From: Microcoleus sp. | GTDB lineage: Bacteria > Cyanobacteriota > Cyanobacteriia > Cyanobacteriales > Microcoleaceae | Direction of reading: 5' to 3' | Length of the DNA stretch: 64,000 nucleotides | Assembly (NCBI GenBank): GCA_052279835.1 | Contig: CP181291.1 | Span: 128,001 to 192,000, forward strand | Shown here: positions 45,003-54,506 of the stretch, in pieces | Position numbering within the stretch: the first letter of the stretch is position 1 | Layout of the letters: each line of letters opens with the position of its first letter | Translations under genes and position numbers: made by a program | The notes under the pieces: model-generated | The model's database searches: none | Seen by the model: the letters and a program-made list of their open reading frames with translations, nothing else | Told to the model about the DNA's origin: nothing

Positions 45003-45851
45003 TTATGCCGCTGCTGGCAAAAAATCCCGGATTCGCTGCAAATATGTTGTGGCATCCTCCAGCATCGGAAAGTGAGATGTATTTGGGATTATAACAAATT
45101 CTACTTGGTCGCTGAGGGAAGCGGCTTGTTTGCCCATGATTGCCGGAATAATTTGATCGAATTCTCCAGCTACCAGCAGTGTGGGAACACTTAGGCGCGC
45201 AAATTCTTGGGGCATTTCCTCCGCAGCTTTTTTGCTCACTGCTGTCACCATTGTACCTATAGCCGCTTCCTCATCAGCCATTAAGAAATCCTTTAGAAAT
45301 GCCAAACTGACCTCTGTCGGTAGAGAGCGGTGCAAAAACCGTGCCATAAATAGGCGATCGACAAACGGAATAGCAGCCAACCAAGGTGGCCGGAATTTAA
45401 CCACATAGCCACCGAATTTGTGAAAAGTTGTAAAGGCTTTTTCGTCGTATTCAAAAATGCCACTGCAAGTCAGAATCGCTTTTTCTACTTTTTCAGGATA
45501 GAGGTTAAGGAATAAAGTAGCGATCGATGCACCTGTGGAATGAGCATTGAGATAGACGCGAGTTAACTTCAAAGCTGCTAGTAATTGTGCCAATTCATGG
45601 GCATAGGTTTCGAGTTCGTAGCTAGACTCAGGAGGATTTTTGGGCAGTGGAGAACGTCCAAAACCTCTCATGTCGTAAAGCAAACAGTCAAACTCACCAG
45701 CAATAGCCCGCGCCGTGCTTTCCCAGTAGCGAGCCGAGCCTGCCCATCCGTGCAAAAATACCATCACAGGTTTGCCGCTGGGTTGGGCGCTTCCGTCTGC
45801 TGTTATCCACTCGTAATAGTGTTCTACACCGCCAATTGAAATAAAAGCCAT
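45003..45851 (-). CDS. Alpha/beta hydrolase
   Basis: FLHGWAG, DMRGFGRS, AHSTG, HFPMLE. Confidence 0.92.
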   Translation of the reverse strand: MAFISIGGVEHYYEWITADGSAQPSGKPVMVFLHGWAGSARYWESTARAIAGEFDCLLYDMRGFGRSPLPKNPPESSYELETYAHELAQLLAALKLTRVYLNAHSTGASIATLFLNLYPEKVEKAILTCSGIFEYDEKAFTTFHKFGGYVVKFRPPWLAAIPFVDRLFMARFLHRSLPTEVSLAFLKDFLMADEEAAIGTMVTAVSKKAAEEMPQEFARLSVPTLLVAGEFDQIIPAIMGKQAASLSDQVEFVIIPNTSHFPMLEDATTYLQRIRDFLPAAA

Positions 45852-45900
45852 GATCTAGATTTTAGATGTTAGATGTTAGATGTTAGATTTTAACTCATAA

Positions 45901-46119
45901 CTGGTTCCCAGGCTCTGCCTGGGAAACAATATCTAGAGGCTCTGCCTCGTTTCCGAAAATCTGAAAAAACTGCCTGGTTTCCGAACAAAAATTGGAGGCA
46001 GAGCCTCCGGATCTGCGTTTCCAGGCAGAGCATGGAAACGAGTAAAACTGCCTCGTTTCCGAACAAAATTGGAGGCAGAGCCTCCGGATCTGCGTTTCCA
46101 GGCAGAGCATGGAAACGAG
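45901..46119. repeat. Cluster of GAGGCAGAGCCTC / TTCCAGGCAGAGCATGGAA palindromes: one inverted plus two ~78-bp tandem units
   Basis: Direct repeat ~45966-46042 / ~46044-46119. Confidence 0.85.
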
Positions 46120-46138
46120 TGGAAAGAAATCATAAGTC

Positions 46139-46867
46139 TTAAGCAGCGGATGCAGCTAGCCAAAATAAGCCATCTACTAAAAGCGTGCTCAAAACTGCTC
46201 CACTGAATGCCCGCCAGTGCAAAGTGCGATCGCGCAAACTCACCAAACCCACACTTAAAAGCACAGCAATTAAAACCAGAGCCCAACCTATGCCCCAAGG
46301 AGTTTCAATTTGTCCGATCGCACTTTGAAAAATCGGCATCGCCAATTCCGGTTCCGCGTGCATGACTTGCCGCCAGTAGGGCATCAAACCAGTTAAGTAA
46401 AAATATAAATCAGTAATAGCAGTGCCAAATAGCGAACCTAAATAAAAATACGCTCCCACTTTTCCCCAAGATTTGCCCAAGCACCAAATCGCAAACGGCA
46501 AGCCAATTGCTTCTATAGGTAGATGTAAAATTGGTTCCCATCTAAACCAGCCCCAATAGATCGAACCTGCCAGCCAACATCCGGCAAATCCCAACAATAA
46601 GTCTCCCCAAAGTTGGGTTTTCGGGCGAAAAATGAAAATCAAACTAAGCACGAACCACGGGATAGTTGAGAGCAAACTGATGGTTGGATACAAACGCACT
46701 AATGGTGCTTGGACAAAAACTGGAATTGATACTAAAAAAGCTGAGGCACCAAATATCAACCACTGCTGGAGGCTATTTCTTTTGTCTGAAGAAGATACAG
46801 GATTTTCCAGGGGCGTGAGATTGAAAATAGGCGCGATCGCTGAGGATAATAAATTAAAGTTAAACAA
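46139..46867 (-). CDS. DUF3120-type membrane protein
   Basis: FLVSIPVFVQAPLVR, GSIYWGW, HLPIEA, GTAITDLY. Confidence 0.8.
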   Translation of the reverse strand: MFNFNLLSSAIAPIFNLTPLENPVSSSDKRNSLQQWLIFGASAFLVSIPVFVQAPLVRLYPTISLLSTIPWFVLSLIFIFRPKTQLWGDLLLGFAGCWLAGSIYWGWFRWEPILHLPIEAIGLPFAIWCLGKSWGKVGAYFYLGSLFGTAITDLYFYLTGLMPYWRQVMHAEPELAMPIFQSAIGQIETPWGIGWALVLIAVLLSVGLVSLRDRTLHWRAFSGAVLSTLLVDGLFWLAASAA

Positions 46868-46871
46868 CTGA

Positions 46872-47447
46872 TTAGACTCCGTAAAGTTTCAATAAGTGAA
46901 CTAAAAATGTTGCTGCGGTGGCGGGTTTAAAAGTTTCCCTACCCCCCAAGGCTGTGTGACTGGTTTCCCAGCCTTGGGCGGTTTGGGGTTGGCGCCACAA
47001 ATCCAAATGGGCGATGGGTGGATCGGCATAAAAACTATCTCCACCGCCACCGAGAATAGCCGAACTCCAGTGTGTAAAGCGATCGTGGCTGATGCGGTGG
47101 ATGGGAAAAGTGCCCCCTAGGGGTACTCCCCAACCGTCTACAGCAATGAAGGCTGCGACTTTGCCACCGATTTGTTGCCACATCCACGCCGCCCCGATCG
47201 CCCCAACTACCCCAGCCGAAAAGCTGACAAATACTAGACTTTCTCCAGCTAACTCCTCCCTGCACAAAAAGTGGAATATGTCAATAGCCGAGAAAGGTGG
47301 ATGTTTATGAGCAGGAAAAATCTTGACAGGGTAGAATGTTTGGGTATTTTGCCTGGGTTGTGCATCTCCCCAAACCTCTGAAATTCCCGCCAGGAAAGCA
47401 TCAGTCAGTTTTGGGTCGTGAATTCCGGGGCAAATTACCAGTCTCAT
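46872..47447 (-). CDS. Hypothetical protein (alpha/beta-hydrolase-like)
   Basis: ICPGIH, SFSAG, DGWGVPL, SHDRFTHWSS. Confidence 0.7.
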   Translation of the reverse strand: MRLVICPGIHDPKLTDAFLAGISEVWGDAQPRQNTQTFYPVKIFPAHKHPPFSAIDIFHFLCREELAGESLVFVSFSAGVVGAIGAAWMWQQIGGKVAAFIAVDGWGVPLGGTFPIHRISHDRFTHWSSAILGGGGDSFYADPPIAHLDLWRQPQTAQGWETSHTALGGRETFKPATAATFLVHLLKLYGV

Positions 47448-47585
47448 CTTGCTTCAAGAAAATTAATTATGAGCTTAACATAACTTTACTTTATTGTATA
47501 GCTTAATTAATTATATGCCATGCAGGGGGATAGGATGTTAAACTGATAACAGAGTTTTGTTTGAAGGGTATCCCCCCAAAATAAA

Positions 47586-47674
47586 CGCGGGGAACGCTCC
47601 GAGACAGCGAAAGCAGAGGCAAAGTCAGGAAGTCTTAAGAAAACATAAAACTTAACGATCCTTCAGACCCTGCG
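47586..47674 (+). promoter_or_regulatory. Candidate structured leader RNA
   Basis: Closing stem CGCGGG/CCTGCG, GC-GAAA-GC tetraloop and a long interrupted stem. No family assigned. Confidence 0.35.
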
Positions 47675-47707
47675 GCGTATTCTATTGCCTTTCCTATCAG
47701 ATTCCGA

Positions 47708-47860
47708 TCCCCCCCTGCGGGCGGGCACGGGGGCACCGCCCCTACAAAGGCAGGGCTGTTTCATTCTTTGTAGGGGCAAACCCCCCGTGGTTGCCCTGAT
47801 GGCCCAAACACGCATTCGATGGTTGGTGGTGGGGTAGGCACGGGGGCACTACCCCTACAA
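47708..47860. repeat. Three GTAG REP-like palindromes (GGGCACGGGGGCACCGCCCCTAC family)
   Basis: Same unit as 6365-6390. Confidence 0.8.
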
Positions 47861-47905
47861 AACCCTCGTTCGACTCTGAAAATTATTCAAATTGAGGAAT
47901 ACAAA

Positions 47906-49141
47906 GTGGTTGCTTCTCCCGAAAAAATTGAGTTCAAAACATCTGGTGCACCTGAAAACAGCGATCGCGTAGCTGTCTTGCTGATGGGTTACGGCGAAGT
48001 CGAAAGCTACGATGATTTTGCCAACTACAACGAGCAAGCTTTAAACTTACTTACGGCAAAGTTTGCACCGGTACCGACTTGGATCTATCCACCGCTGGCG
48101 AAGATTTTAGCGATTTTCGACTTGCATGAGTGGAGTCATCAACACGGTCAATTCGTGTCGCCGCACAATGCAATTTTTGAACAGCAGCGCGCTGGGATCG
48201 AAAAGAATTTGCAGGAAAAATGGGGCGACAAAGTAAAAGTGTTCAAAGCTTTTAACTTTTGCGCGCCCTTTTTGCCCGAACAAGTAATTCCGCAAATTAA
48301 GGCTGAAGGATTTGATAAAATTCTGATTTATCCGCTGTTGGTTGTTGATTCTGTTTTCACTAGCGGGATTGCGGTGGAACAGGTGAACAATGCTTTAGCA
48401 CAAACCTTTGATGGCAAAGAACATTGGGTAAAAGGACAGCGCTACATTCCTTCTTTTTACGATGAACCTGCCTACATTAAGTTAATGGCGGATTTGGTGG
48501 AAGAGGAAATTAAGAATGATTTAGCAGTAGCACATTTGCCTTCTCAGATTGGGATCGTGCTCATGAATCACGGTTGTCCGCACAAGGCGAAGGGCTTTAC
48601 TTCGGGGATTGTGGAAAGTCAAGCTTTGTACGATCGCGTGCGGGAACGTTTGATGTATCGCTATCCTTTGATTTCGGTGGGCTGGCTGAATCATGACACC
48701 CCGCTGATTGAATGGACTCAGCCGGATGCGACGTTAGCTGCGAAGAATTTGATTGATTTGGGTGCAACTGCGATCGTATTTATGCCGATCGGATTTGCGA
48801 CAGAAAACCATGAAACATTGTTAGATGTAGATCATGTGATTGAGTCTTTGCAGAAGCAACGTCAGGGAGTTACTTACCGGAAATTGCCTTGCGTGAATGA
48901 CCATCCTGAGTTCCTGAAAATGGCGGCAGAGTGGGCAAATCCGCAGATTGAAGCGTTGTTGAGTGAAACTGCTGTGGCGGTGAATCCGAATTTAGTTGTC
49001 CGGGATCACGTACATTCTCATGGGGATCACGGGCATTCTCATGGAGATCATGGTCATTCTCATGGCGGACATTCTCATGGGGATCACGGTCATTCTCACG
49101 GGCACGGGCACTCTCATGGCGGGCACGGTCACAGTCATTAA
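47906..49141 (+). CDS. Ferrochelatase-like class II chelatase with His-rich tail, no CAB domain
   Basis: VLLMGYG, SPH, LMNHG, PIGFATENHETLLD, CVNDHPEF; (HGHSHGD)n tail. GTG start after GAGG. Confidence 0.85.
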   Translation: MVASPEKIEFKTSGAPENSDRVAVLLMGYGEVESYDDFANYNEQALNLLTAKFAPVPTWIYPPLAKILAIFDLHEWSHQHGQFVSPHNAIFEQQRAGIEKNLQEKWGDKVKVFKAFNFCAPFLPEQVIPQIKAEGFDKILIYPLLVVDSVFTSGIAVEQVNNALAQTFDGKEHWVKGQRYIPSFYDEPAYIKLMADLVEEEIKNDLAVAHLPSQIGIVLMNHGCPHKAKGFTSGIVESQALYDRVRERLMYRYPLISVGWLNHDTPLIEWTQPDATLAAKNLIDLGATAIVFMPIGFATENHETLLDVDHVIESLQKQRQGVTYRKLPCVNDHPEFLKMAAEWANPQIEALLSETAVAVNPNLVVRDHVHSHGDHGHSHGDHGHSHGGHSHGDHGHSHGHGHSHGGHGHSH

Positions 49142-49151
49142 TTAGAATCTT

Positions 49152-49215
49152 AGAAACCGGGTTTTTGCGACAATACTGCGTTGAAGACGACAGATTGAGT
49201 AAAAACCCGGTTTCT
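49152..49215. repeat. Solo AGAAACCGGGTTTTT...AAAAACCCGGTTTCT element
   Basis: Same arms as the 14909 array. Confidence 0.85.
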
Positions 49216-49370
49216 TTTGTGGGAGTGGGTAAGATTTACTCGGCGGTTGAAACCGCGTCTACACGAACGAAGTCCGGATGGTGCGCGGACTAAGAAATTT
49301 AACCCAGATTTGGTATAAGTTGAGATTGATTTAGGTGAAAAGGGCGATCGGCTTATCTACCTGACAATTG

Positions 49371-49823
49371 CTATCTGCAATTATTTCGGCTATGGGAGGG
49401 AGACGTAGTTACAATCTGACCCTCCCCAATTGAGATACTTTTCAGATTACGAGATTTCATTGCTGCAACCAGTCGATCTGCCTTTGAACGGTTATAGAAT
49501 GAAGCAACTTGAATCAGGTTAAGTGAGGAATCATAAAAAGCATTACAACAGAAAGATTGGCGAATTATTTTTAAATTTTCTTTGGTATAAGCAATATAAA
49601 CAGGATACCAAGTATTAGTGCCACCAGACGTTTTATCTCCGCAATAACTCAGGGAATAATTCAAAGAATGAGTTTGAGTAGTCTTTTTCTGGCGAATAAT
49701 CTGCTGAGGTGGCTGACCATAATACCAACCTAAATATAATATACAAGCTCCCCCTATTCCTGTCATCAACCAAAGGAATTGGGGGTAAGACATACCTGAT
49801 ATTGAATTTTTGTACCTTTTCAT
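49371..49823 (-). CDS. Hypothetical membrane-anchored Cys-containing protein
   Basis: N-terminal TM; CGD...YPVYI...FCCNA...IQVASF. Confidence 0.7.
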   Translation of the reverse strand: MKRYKNSISGMSYPQFLWLMTGIGGACILYLGWYYGQPPQQIIRQKKTTQTHSLNYSLSYCGDKTSGGTNTWYPVYIAYTKENLKIIRQSFCCNAFYDSSLNLIQVASFYNRSKADRLVAAMKSRNLKSISIGEGQIVTTSPSHSRNNCR

Positions 49824-49882
49824 ATCTATACTTGCTAAACCTAGCTTGCTTATTAGGGTAAGCTATACCCCTGTATGCAAAA

Positions 49883-49920
49883 ACCTAAGAGGATTGCTAT
49901 ATCTTGCAATCCTCTTAGGT
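49883..49920. terminator. Perfect 15-bp stem hairpin
   Basis: ACCTAAGAGGATTGC / GCAATCCTCTTAGGT, followed by T-rich sequence on the minus strand. Confidence 0.65.
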
Positions 49921-49987
49921 CTAGTTAAAAAGTCATTGAGGACTGTTATAAATAACTAAAAAAGATGAAAAAGAGTTGACTTACAAC

Positions 49988-50206
49988 TTAACGTTGAGAT
50001 TTGTCATATTCATCCCAAGCTTTAAAGTTAGCACTTATGATACGACTCTCAATCCTTTGATTGGTAATGATAGTTTTCAGAGACTCCTGTAATCCAACTA
50101 TTTCACCTACAAGTCGAATAGCAGGATTGCTATAATTTTGGATTTCGCCTTTGTTATTTTTGGATAAAGCGCTGCTGGAATTGAGATCGGAGGAGTTGTG
50201 TGTCAT
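49988..50206 (-). CDS. Hypothetical protein (72 aa)
   Basis: ATG preceded by AGGAAAAACACC. Confidence 0.6.
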   Translation of the reverse strand: MTHNSSDLNSSSALSKNNKGEIQNYSNPAIRLVGEIVGLQESLKTIITNQRIESRIISANFKAWDEYDKSQR

Positions 50207-50278
50207 GGTGTTTTTCCTAATTTGGACTAAAGTTTTGATTCGCGAATGTCGGAAAAGTTAAGTTTACAATATGTAAAC

Positions 50279-50680
50279 TTAACATTCTTTAAACATTTCC
50301 TTCATATTGTCTAGTAGTGCTTGTTTGGCGGGTTGTTTAACTTCTTCTGGATAATTACTATTTACTAGCCGATCGATGTCACCTCCAAATTTTTGATACA
50401 CATCTCGAATCCTTTCTCTTTTTCCATCAGCACGACGGCTATTGACACCAGTTTTCATCTCTTGTGCAAAGTCTGAATAAGCAAAGCGGATATCTCGCAC
50501 TCCACGCCCAATAACAATTACCAATCCTGTAACAGGAACGAATAGTGCGCTGCCAATAAAGCCAAGAGCTATGTCTCTTTCAATATTGCTAGGTATTATT
50601 GCCCTTCCACTCTCATTTTCATAACGTACAGGAACGGATTTTCCATTTATCCAAACTTGCTCGTTTCCTTGATGATTCAT
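50279..50680 (-). CDS. Hypothetical single-TM protein
   Basis: ATG after GAGG; one hydrophobic segment. Confidence 0.65.
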   Translation of the reverse strand: MNHQGNEQVWINGKSVPVRYENESGRAIIPSNIERDIALGFIGSALFVPVTGLVIVIGRGVRDIRFAYSDFAQEMKTGVNSRRADGKRERIRDVYQKFGGDIDRLVNSNYPEEVKQPAKQALLDNMKEMFKEC

Positions 50681-50717
50681 ATTGTATATTTCCTCGTATT
50701 TCCTCTGTAACTGCTTT

Positions 50718-51038
50718 TTAGTTTGAATCAACAAAACTGACTAACAAAGAAATAGCAAGCACCCACACAATGATAGGAAGCAATAAACGAGGCAAAAAAA
50801 CTGATGTTATAATACCACAAATTATAACAGTCACTCTAACTGCGTGCCGAAGTTCCTGTGGAGTTGCATAGCCAAATTTACTCTTTATATAACCTTCTGA
50901 TGGCTTAACAAAGAGCCAAGGTAAAAAGAACGAATCATTCGTATTTTCGCTGATAAAACGTGCCAAGAATCGCATAAGTGCAATCGTCGGTCCCACTAAA
51001 ATTAGAATGCAGATAAAAGCTATGCAAAAATCTACCAT
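50718..51038 (-). CDS. Hypothetical membrane protein (~3 TM)
   Basis: Starts 1 nt after the upstream stop; hydrophobic. Confidence 0.65.
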   Translation of the reverse strand: MVDFCIAFICILILVGPTIALMRFLARFISENTNDSFFLPWLFVKPSEGYIKSKFGYATPQELRHAVRVTVIICGIITSVFLPRLLLPIIVWVLAISLLVSFVDSN

Positions 51039-51039
51039 T

Positions 51040-51433
51040 TTAATGTTTCCTGTCTGAGTGTGTTTTTTCGGAATTTTTAGACCATTTTTTAGGCAGTTTT
51101 AACAAGCCAAAGACATCAGCTATTATCCATACATTTCGTTTCTCCGATTCTTTTCTTATTTCCGCTATCCTCTTTTCAACAGATTCTTGATAATTTTCAA
51201 ACAAGGCATAAACATAGATTTCAGTTACTTCTTCTACTTGACTCGCTGGCGATTTTAGAGCATTGACAACTTCTTCACCTGTCAGTTTTGCTTCTCTGAT
51301 AATTTCTTCTATCTGTATACTAGAAGTTAGACCTTGAGCCAAAAGTTGATCTAGTCTTTGTCTAAGTTGAGTTTGATACTCATTTAGCTCTTGTCTAATC
51401 CGAGCTGTTAGTTTCTACTAGATTGGTTTCCAT
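51040..51433 (-). CDS. Hypothetical coiled-coil protein; start uncertain (ATG 51433 needs a +1 correction, otherwise TTG 51342)
   Basis: The frame stays open upstream of 51342 as KLTARIRQELNEYQTQLRQRLDQLL. Confidence 0.5.
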
Positions 51434-51712
51434 TGATTTTGTCCAAGCACTACTTTATAGGCTAACTGCTGACGTTAACTTGGGACTAATGTTATAACCG
51501 TAAAGGTGACGAGCGCATTCCGGGTAAAATGTATTATTTGTTACAATTAATCTAGTGTTCTACACCCACAGCGCTATTTACCCGTACAATCGCACTCAGC
51601 TAAACCATATTATAAGCCAGCCACAACCTAGCCACAACCTACTAATACCTATCCAAGACTACAAATTAAGCTATAATTCCACTAGGAAAAATTTTTATAA
51701 AGAATCACTGCA

Positions 51713-52201
51713 ATGCCCCCTACCAACGAACAGTTCAGCCAAGCTGCAAACCACTGGGACTTGGAAACACTGTACACCGATATAGCCTCCGCTAAGGGAA
51801 AGCGTCTCACACCGGTCGAAAAGCTGCACCTGCGCGGCTTGCTTTGCGGTTACAGTCCCGCTGAAGTAGCAGATAAACTCCATAAAAGCGTCAAAGGCGT
51901 TGAAAGTGAAATGTGTACTACTTTATACCCACACATTAAGAGTCTCGTTGGCAAATCCAATGAAAAAGTAGAAAACTGGAGAAATATTACTGAGTGGCTT
52001 GAGGAAGCTGGATATAAAACTCAGTTATCGGCTGAATCTCAATTCAATAATTGCGTACCTGTTGACATTATGGGAAAGATAGCTCATATAAGTATTAAGA
52101 AAAATAGAATAACAATTGAAATAGACCTGCAACTATCAGAACAATTACCTTCACAACCTCCTACAGAAGACTTAAATAACAACAACCACACTAATAACTA
52201 A
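51713..52201 (+). CDS. HTH-type putative regulator
   Basis: LTPVEKLHLRGLLCGYSPAEVADKLHKSVKGV resembles a LuxR/sigma4-like HTH. Confidence 0.7.
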   Translation: MPPTNEQFSQAANHWDLETLYTDIASAKGKRLTPVEKLHLRGLLCGYSPAEVADKLHKSVKGVESEMCTTLYPHIKSLVGKSNEKVENWRNITEWLEEAGYKTQLSAESQFNNCVPVDIMGKIAHISIKKNRITIEIDLQLSEQLPSQPPTEDLNNNNHTNN

Positions 52202-52251
52202 GTTCTCATAAGAAATACGAAAAATGTGTAAAGCGTTCATCTACTTACATC

Positions 52252-52359
52252 GGGAATTGCGCACTCCGACCAAAGAAACCGGGTTTTTGGCAGTTTCTGC
52301 GACTGTAACGAAGTATTCAATGGAAAAACCCGGTTTCTGACTACCCGCGCGTAAGCCCC
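52252..52359. repeat. Solo AGAAACCGGG hairpin inside degenerate inverted ends (GGGAATTGCGCA...GCGCGTAAGCCCC)
   Basis: Hairpin at 52274-52338. Confidence 0.75.
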
Positions 52360-52366
52360 ATAATTT

Positions 52367-52927
52367 CTACGCAAACAATGCGGCCACCGACACACTAAAA
52401 CCTGGTAACAAAACACTGGTTAAATTATCTTCTTTAAACAAAGTCATCGCTAATTTTAAAATCCCATTTTCCCGCAGGTAAACTTCAACTTTTTGCTGTA
52501 CTCTGTCAAAAATCCAATATTCCCGCACACCCTGAACCGAATATAATTTTAACTTAGATTGCCGATCGCGCCTTTCATTTTCCTCACCCGGAGACATTAC
52601 CTCAACCACCAACTCCGGCGCACCAGCCAAATGTCCAGACTCATCTAATATTTGTGCTAAATGCTCATAGCTTACCCAAACCACATCAGGGATAACATTG
52701 TCACCATCAGTGAAGATCAAACCAGCAGTGGTTGCAGCCTTACCTAAACCCGTCTCTATCGACCAATTATTTAAGGTTCTGCAAACATTGTCAACAATAT
52801 TTTGATGTTCCCAGTGGGGGGTTCTTGTCACGACTAATTCTCCTTCGATTATCTCATAACGGTTGCCGTTATCGGGTAATAATTCTAAATCAGCCGTTGT
52901 CCAGCGAACTCTTTCTGTAGTTGACAT
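52367..52927 (-). CDS. Uma2-family endonuclease
   Basis: YEIIEGEL, PD, PELVVEVMSP, KLKLYSVQGVREYWI. Confidence 0.93.
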   Translation of the reverse strand: MSTTERVRWTTADLELLPDNGNRYEIIEGELVVTRTPHWEHQNIVDNVCRTLNNWSIETGLGKAATTAGLIFTDGDNVIPDVVWVSYEHLAQILDESGHLAGAPELVVEVMSPGEENERRDRQSKLKLYSVQGVREYWIFDRVQQKVEVYLRENGILKLAMTLFKEDNLTSVLLPGFSVSVAALFA

Positions 52928-53056
52928 AGCTTTGACTCCGCTCTGTTCTATTTTGATTATATCTGATATCTTCCAGAAGTTCCTTGGGCGGGGGCGGGTT
53001 TATTATATTGTTGGTTTCTAACATAAATTGTTGGTAAAACCCGCCCCTAAAATAGC

Positions 53057-53096
53057 CTGTAGATACTGTCTTGATCTGTCAAGACAGTATCTACAG
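53057..53096. terminator. Perfect 18-bp stem hairpin just downstream of the activase-like gene
   Basis: CTGTAGATACTGTCTTGA-TCTG-TCAAGACAGTATCTACAG. Confidence 0.6.
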
Positions 53097-53100
53097 CCTT

Positions 53101-54378
53101 TTAAATATTCGGCCGCTGAATGATGGTTTCAACTACTCTGCGCTTGGCTTTTGGATCGATGCCTATTAGTCGCACGTATTCGCCACCGTGCTCCGCTAAA
53201 CAAGTTTCCAAAGATGCAATCACTTGCTGTTCATGTGCGCTTTGAATGGTGGCGCAACTTTGCCATGAACCTGTTTTAAATCGGCGATTGTCTGCATATT
53301 CTATCCCGATTTTGCAGCCTCTTGTTAATAATTGTTGCACTTGTGCAAATACCTCGGAACTGAGCCGCGAAACCTTACTGTTACTAACTTCAGCAACTGG
53401 TGCAGCATAAGCTTTATAATATTTAGATGATGGATCGTTTAATTGACTTTGAGTCGGAACTTCTGCGGGTTGTTTTTCCGGTGTTTTCAAATTGAACAAC
53501 CGCGATTGATTGTATTCATCGACTAAGCGCATTTCCTGAATCCGCTTTTGTTGTCCTACCATCAAACTGCCCATTTCTATTAAATGAGCGAGGCTGAAAT
53601 TTGGGTTTTGAAAGCCGGGTGGTTCTTCCACACTGTTTACTAAACGCTTGGAAACTTGCTCGATTCCTATTTTGTGAATGAACTCACGAATCTGTTCGTC
53701 ATAAATGCGCGATCGCAATGCACTGAAAAAGTCGATCGCCTGTTCGGAAAATTTATCCACCAAAGCCACAATATCGGCTTTCGACAAATTATCAGACTCA
53801 AAAATGCCGCCCACAACCCCAATTTTATCATCCCGGCTCGGTTCCCAATAAAACTTCTCCATCCGCCCGTCGCGAATGAGTGGGGCGTACAGCGTGGCAA
53901 AGTCGTTTCCAGTCACAATAATCGGCACTCTATGCAAGGGAGTATCGTCATAACTTCCCGGTAACTGCACGTTATGTGGATTGTCAGCAATATTCATCAG
54001 AGTGGCATTGACCATCTGAGTATTAACAGTATACTGAGTAGTAGAATCGAATCTGCCAGCACCAGCATCCAAATCATTAATAAACACAGCGCACATTTCC
54101 CCGCGCACCCGAATTTGTTCCGCAGCTTCCCGATAGCGCAAGCGAATTAAACGCGAAGGATCTCCGGCATCGGGACTTTCTAATTCGCCTCCAGATATCA
54201 TCACGGGTTCAAAACCCATGCGCCGGAAAACCAGTTCGCATTGAAATGTTTTGCCTTCTCCTTTGCGGCCGTGAATTCCCAATATTAGGGGAACTCTAAC
54301 ACCTGGTAAATTTAAAAAGTTCTTAGTGACGTGCACCGCAACTTTGTCGAGAAAACTAGGAGAAATGTAATAACTCAT
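53101..54378 (-). CDS. rca: Rubisco activase-like AAA+ protein with C-terminal RbcS-like (SSUL) domain
   Basis: [50 protein letters not shown]. Confidence 0.93.
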   Translation of the reverse strand: MSYYISPSFLDKVAVHVTKNFLNLPGVRVPLILGIHGRKGEGKTFQCELVFRRMGFEPVMISGGELESPDAGDPSRLIRLRYREAAEQIRVRGEMCAVFINDLDAGAGRFDSTTQYTVNTQMVNATLMNIADNPHNVQLPGSYDDTPLHRVPIIVTGNDFATLYAPLIRDGRMEKFYWEPSRDDKIGVVGGIFESDNLSKADIVALVDKFSEQAIDFFSALRSRIYDEQIREFIHKIGIEQVSKRLVNSVEEPPGFQNPNFSLAHLIEMGSLMVGQQKRIQEMRLVDEYNQSRLFNLKTPEKQPAEVPTQSQLNDPSSKYYKAYAAPVAEVSNSKVSRLSSEVFAQVQQLLTRGCKIGIEYADNRRFKTGSWQSCATIQSAHEQQVIASLETCLAEHGGEYVRLIGIDPKAKRRVVETIIQRPNI

Positions 54379-54506
54379 CAGTAGATTTGTGGAAGATTAA
54401 TTGCTTTTGCTGTTATGATTTTATGACAAAACTAACAGCCTACATCGTTAAACTGGATTTTTACCGTACAATCGAGACCTGCACATAATTTTTTAAGGAG
54501 CAATTC

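Noticed and set aside
47560..47700. Cobalamin or glycine riboswitch
   Set aside because: Only fragments match (AAGTCAG; CTTCAG). Core elements such as GCAACTGT or GGAGA/CCGAAG are absent, so it is kept only as an unassigned candidate.
47819..47905. N-terminal extension of the chelatase
   Set aside because: Overlaps REP palindromes; GTG 47906 has an RBS.
53101..54378. Activase-SSUL fusion as a novelty
   Set aside because: Known cyanobacterial carboxysome-associated architecture.
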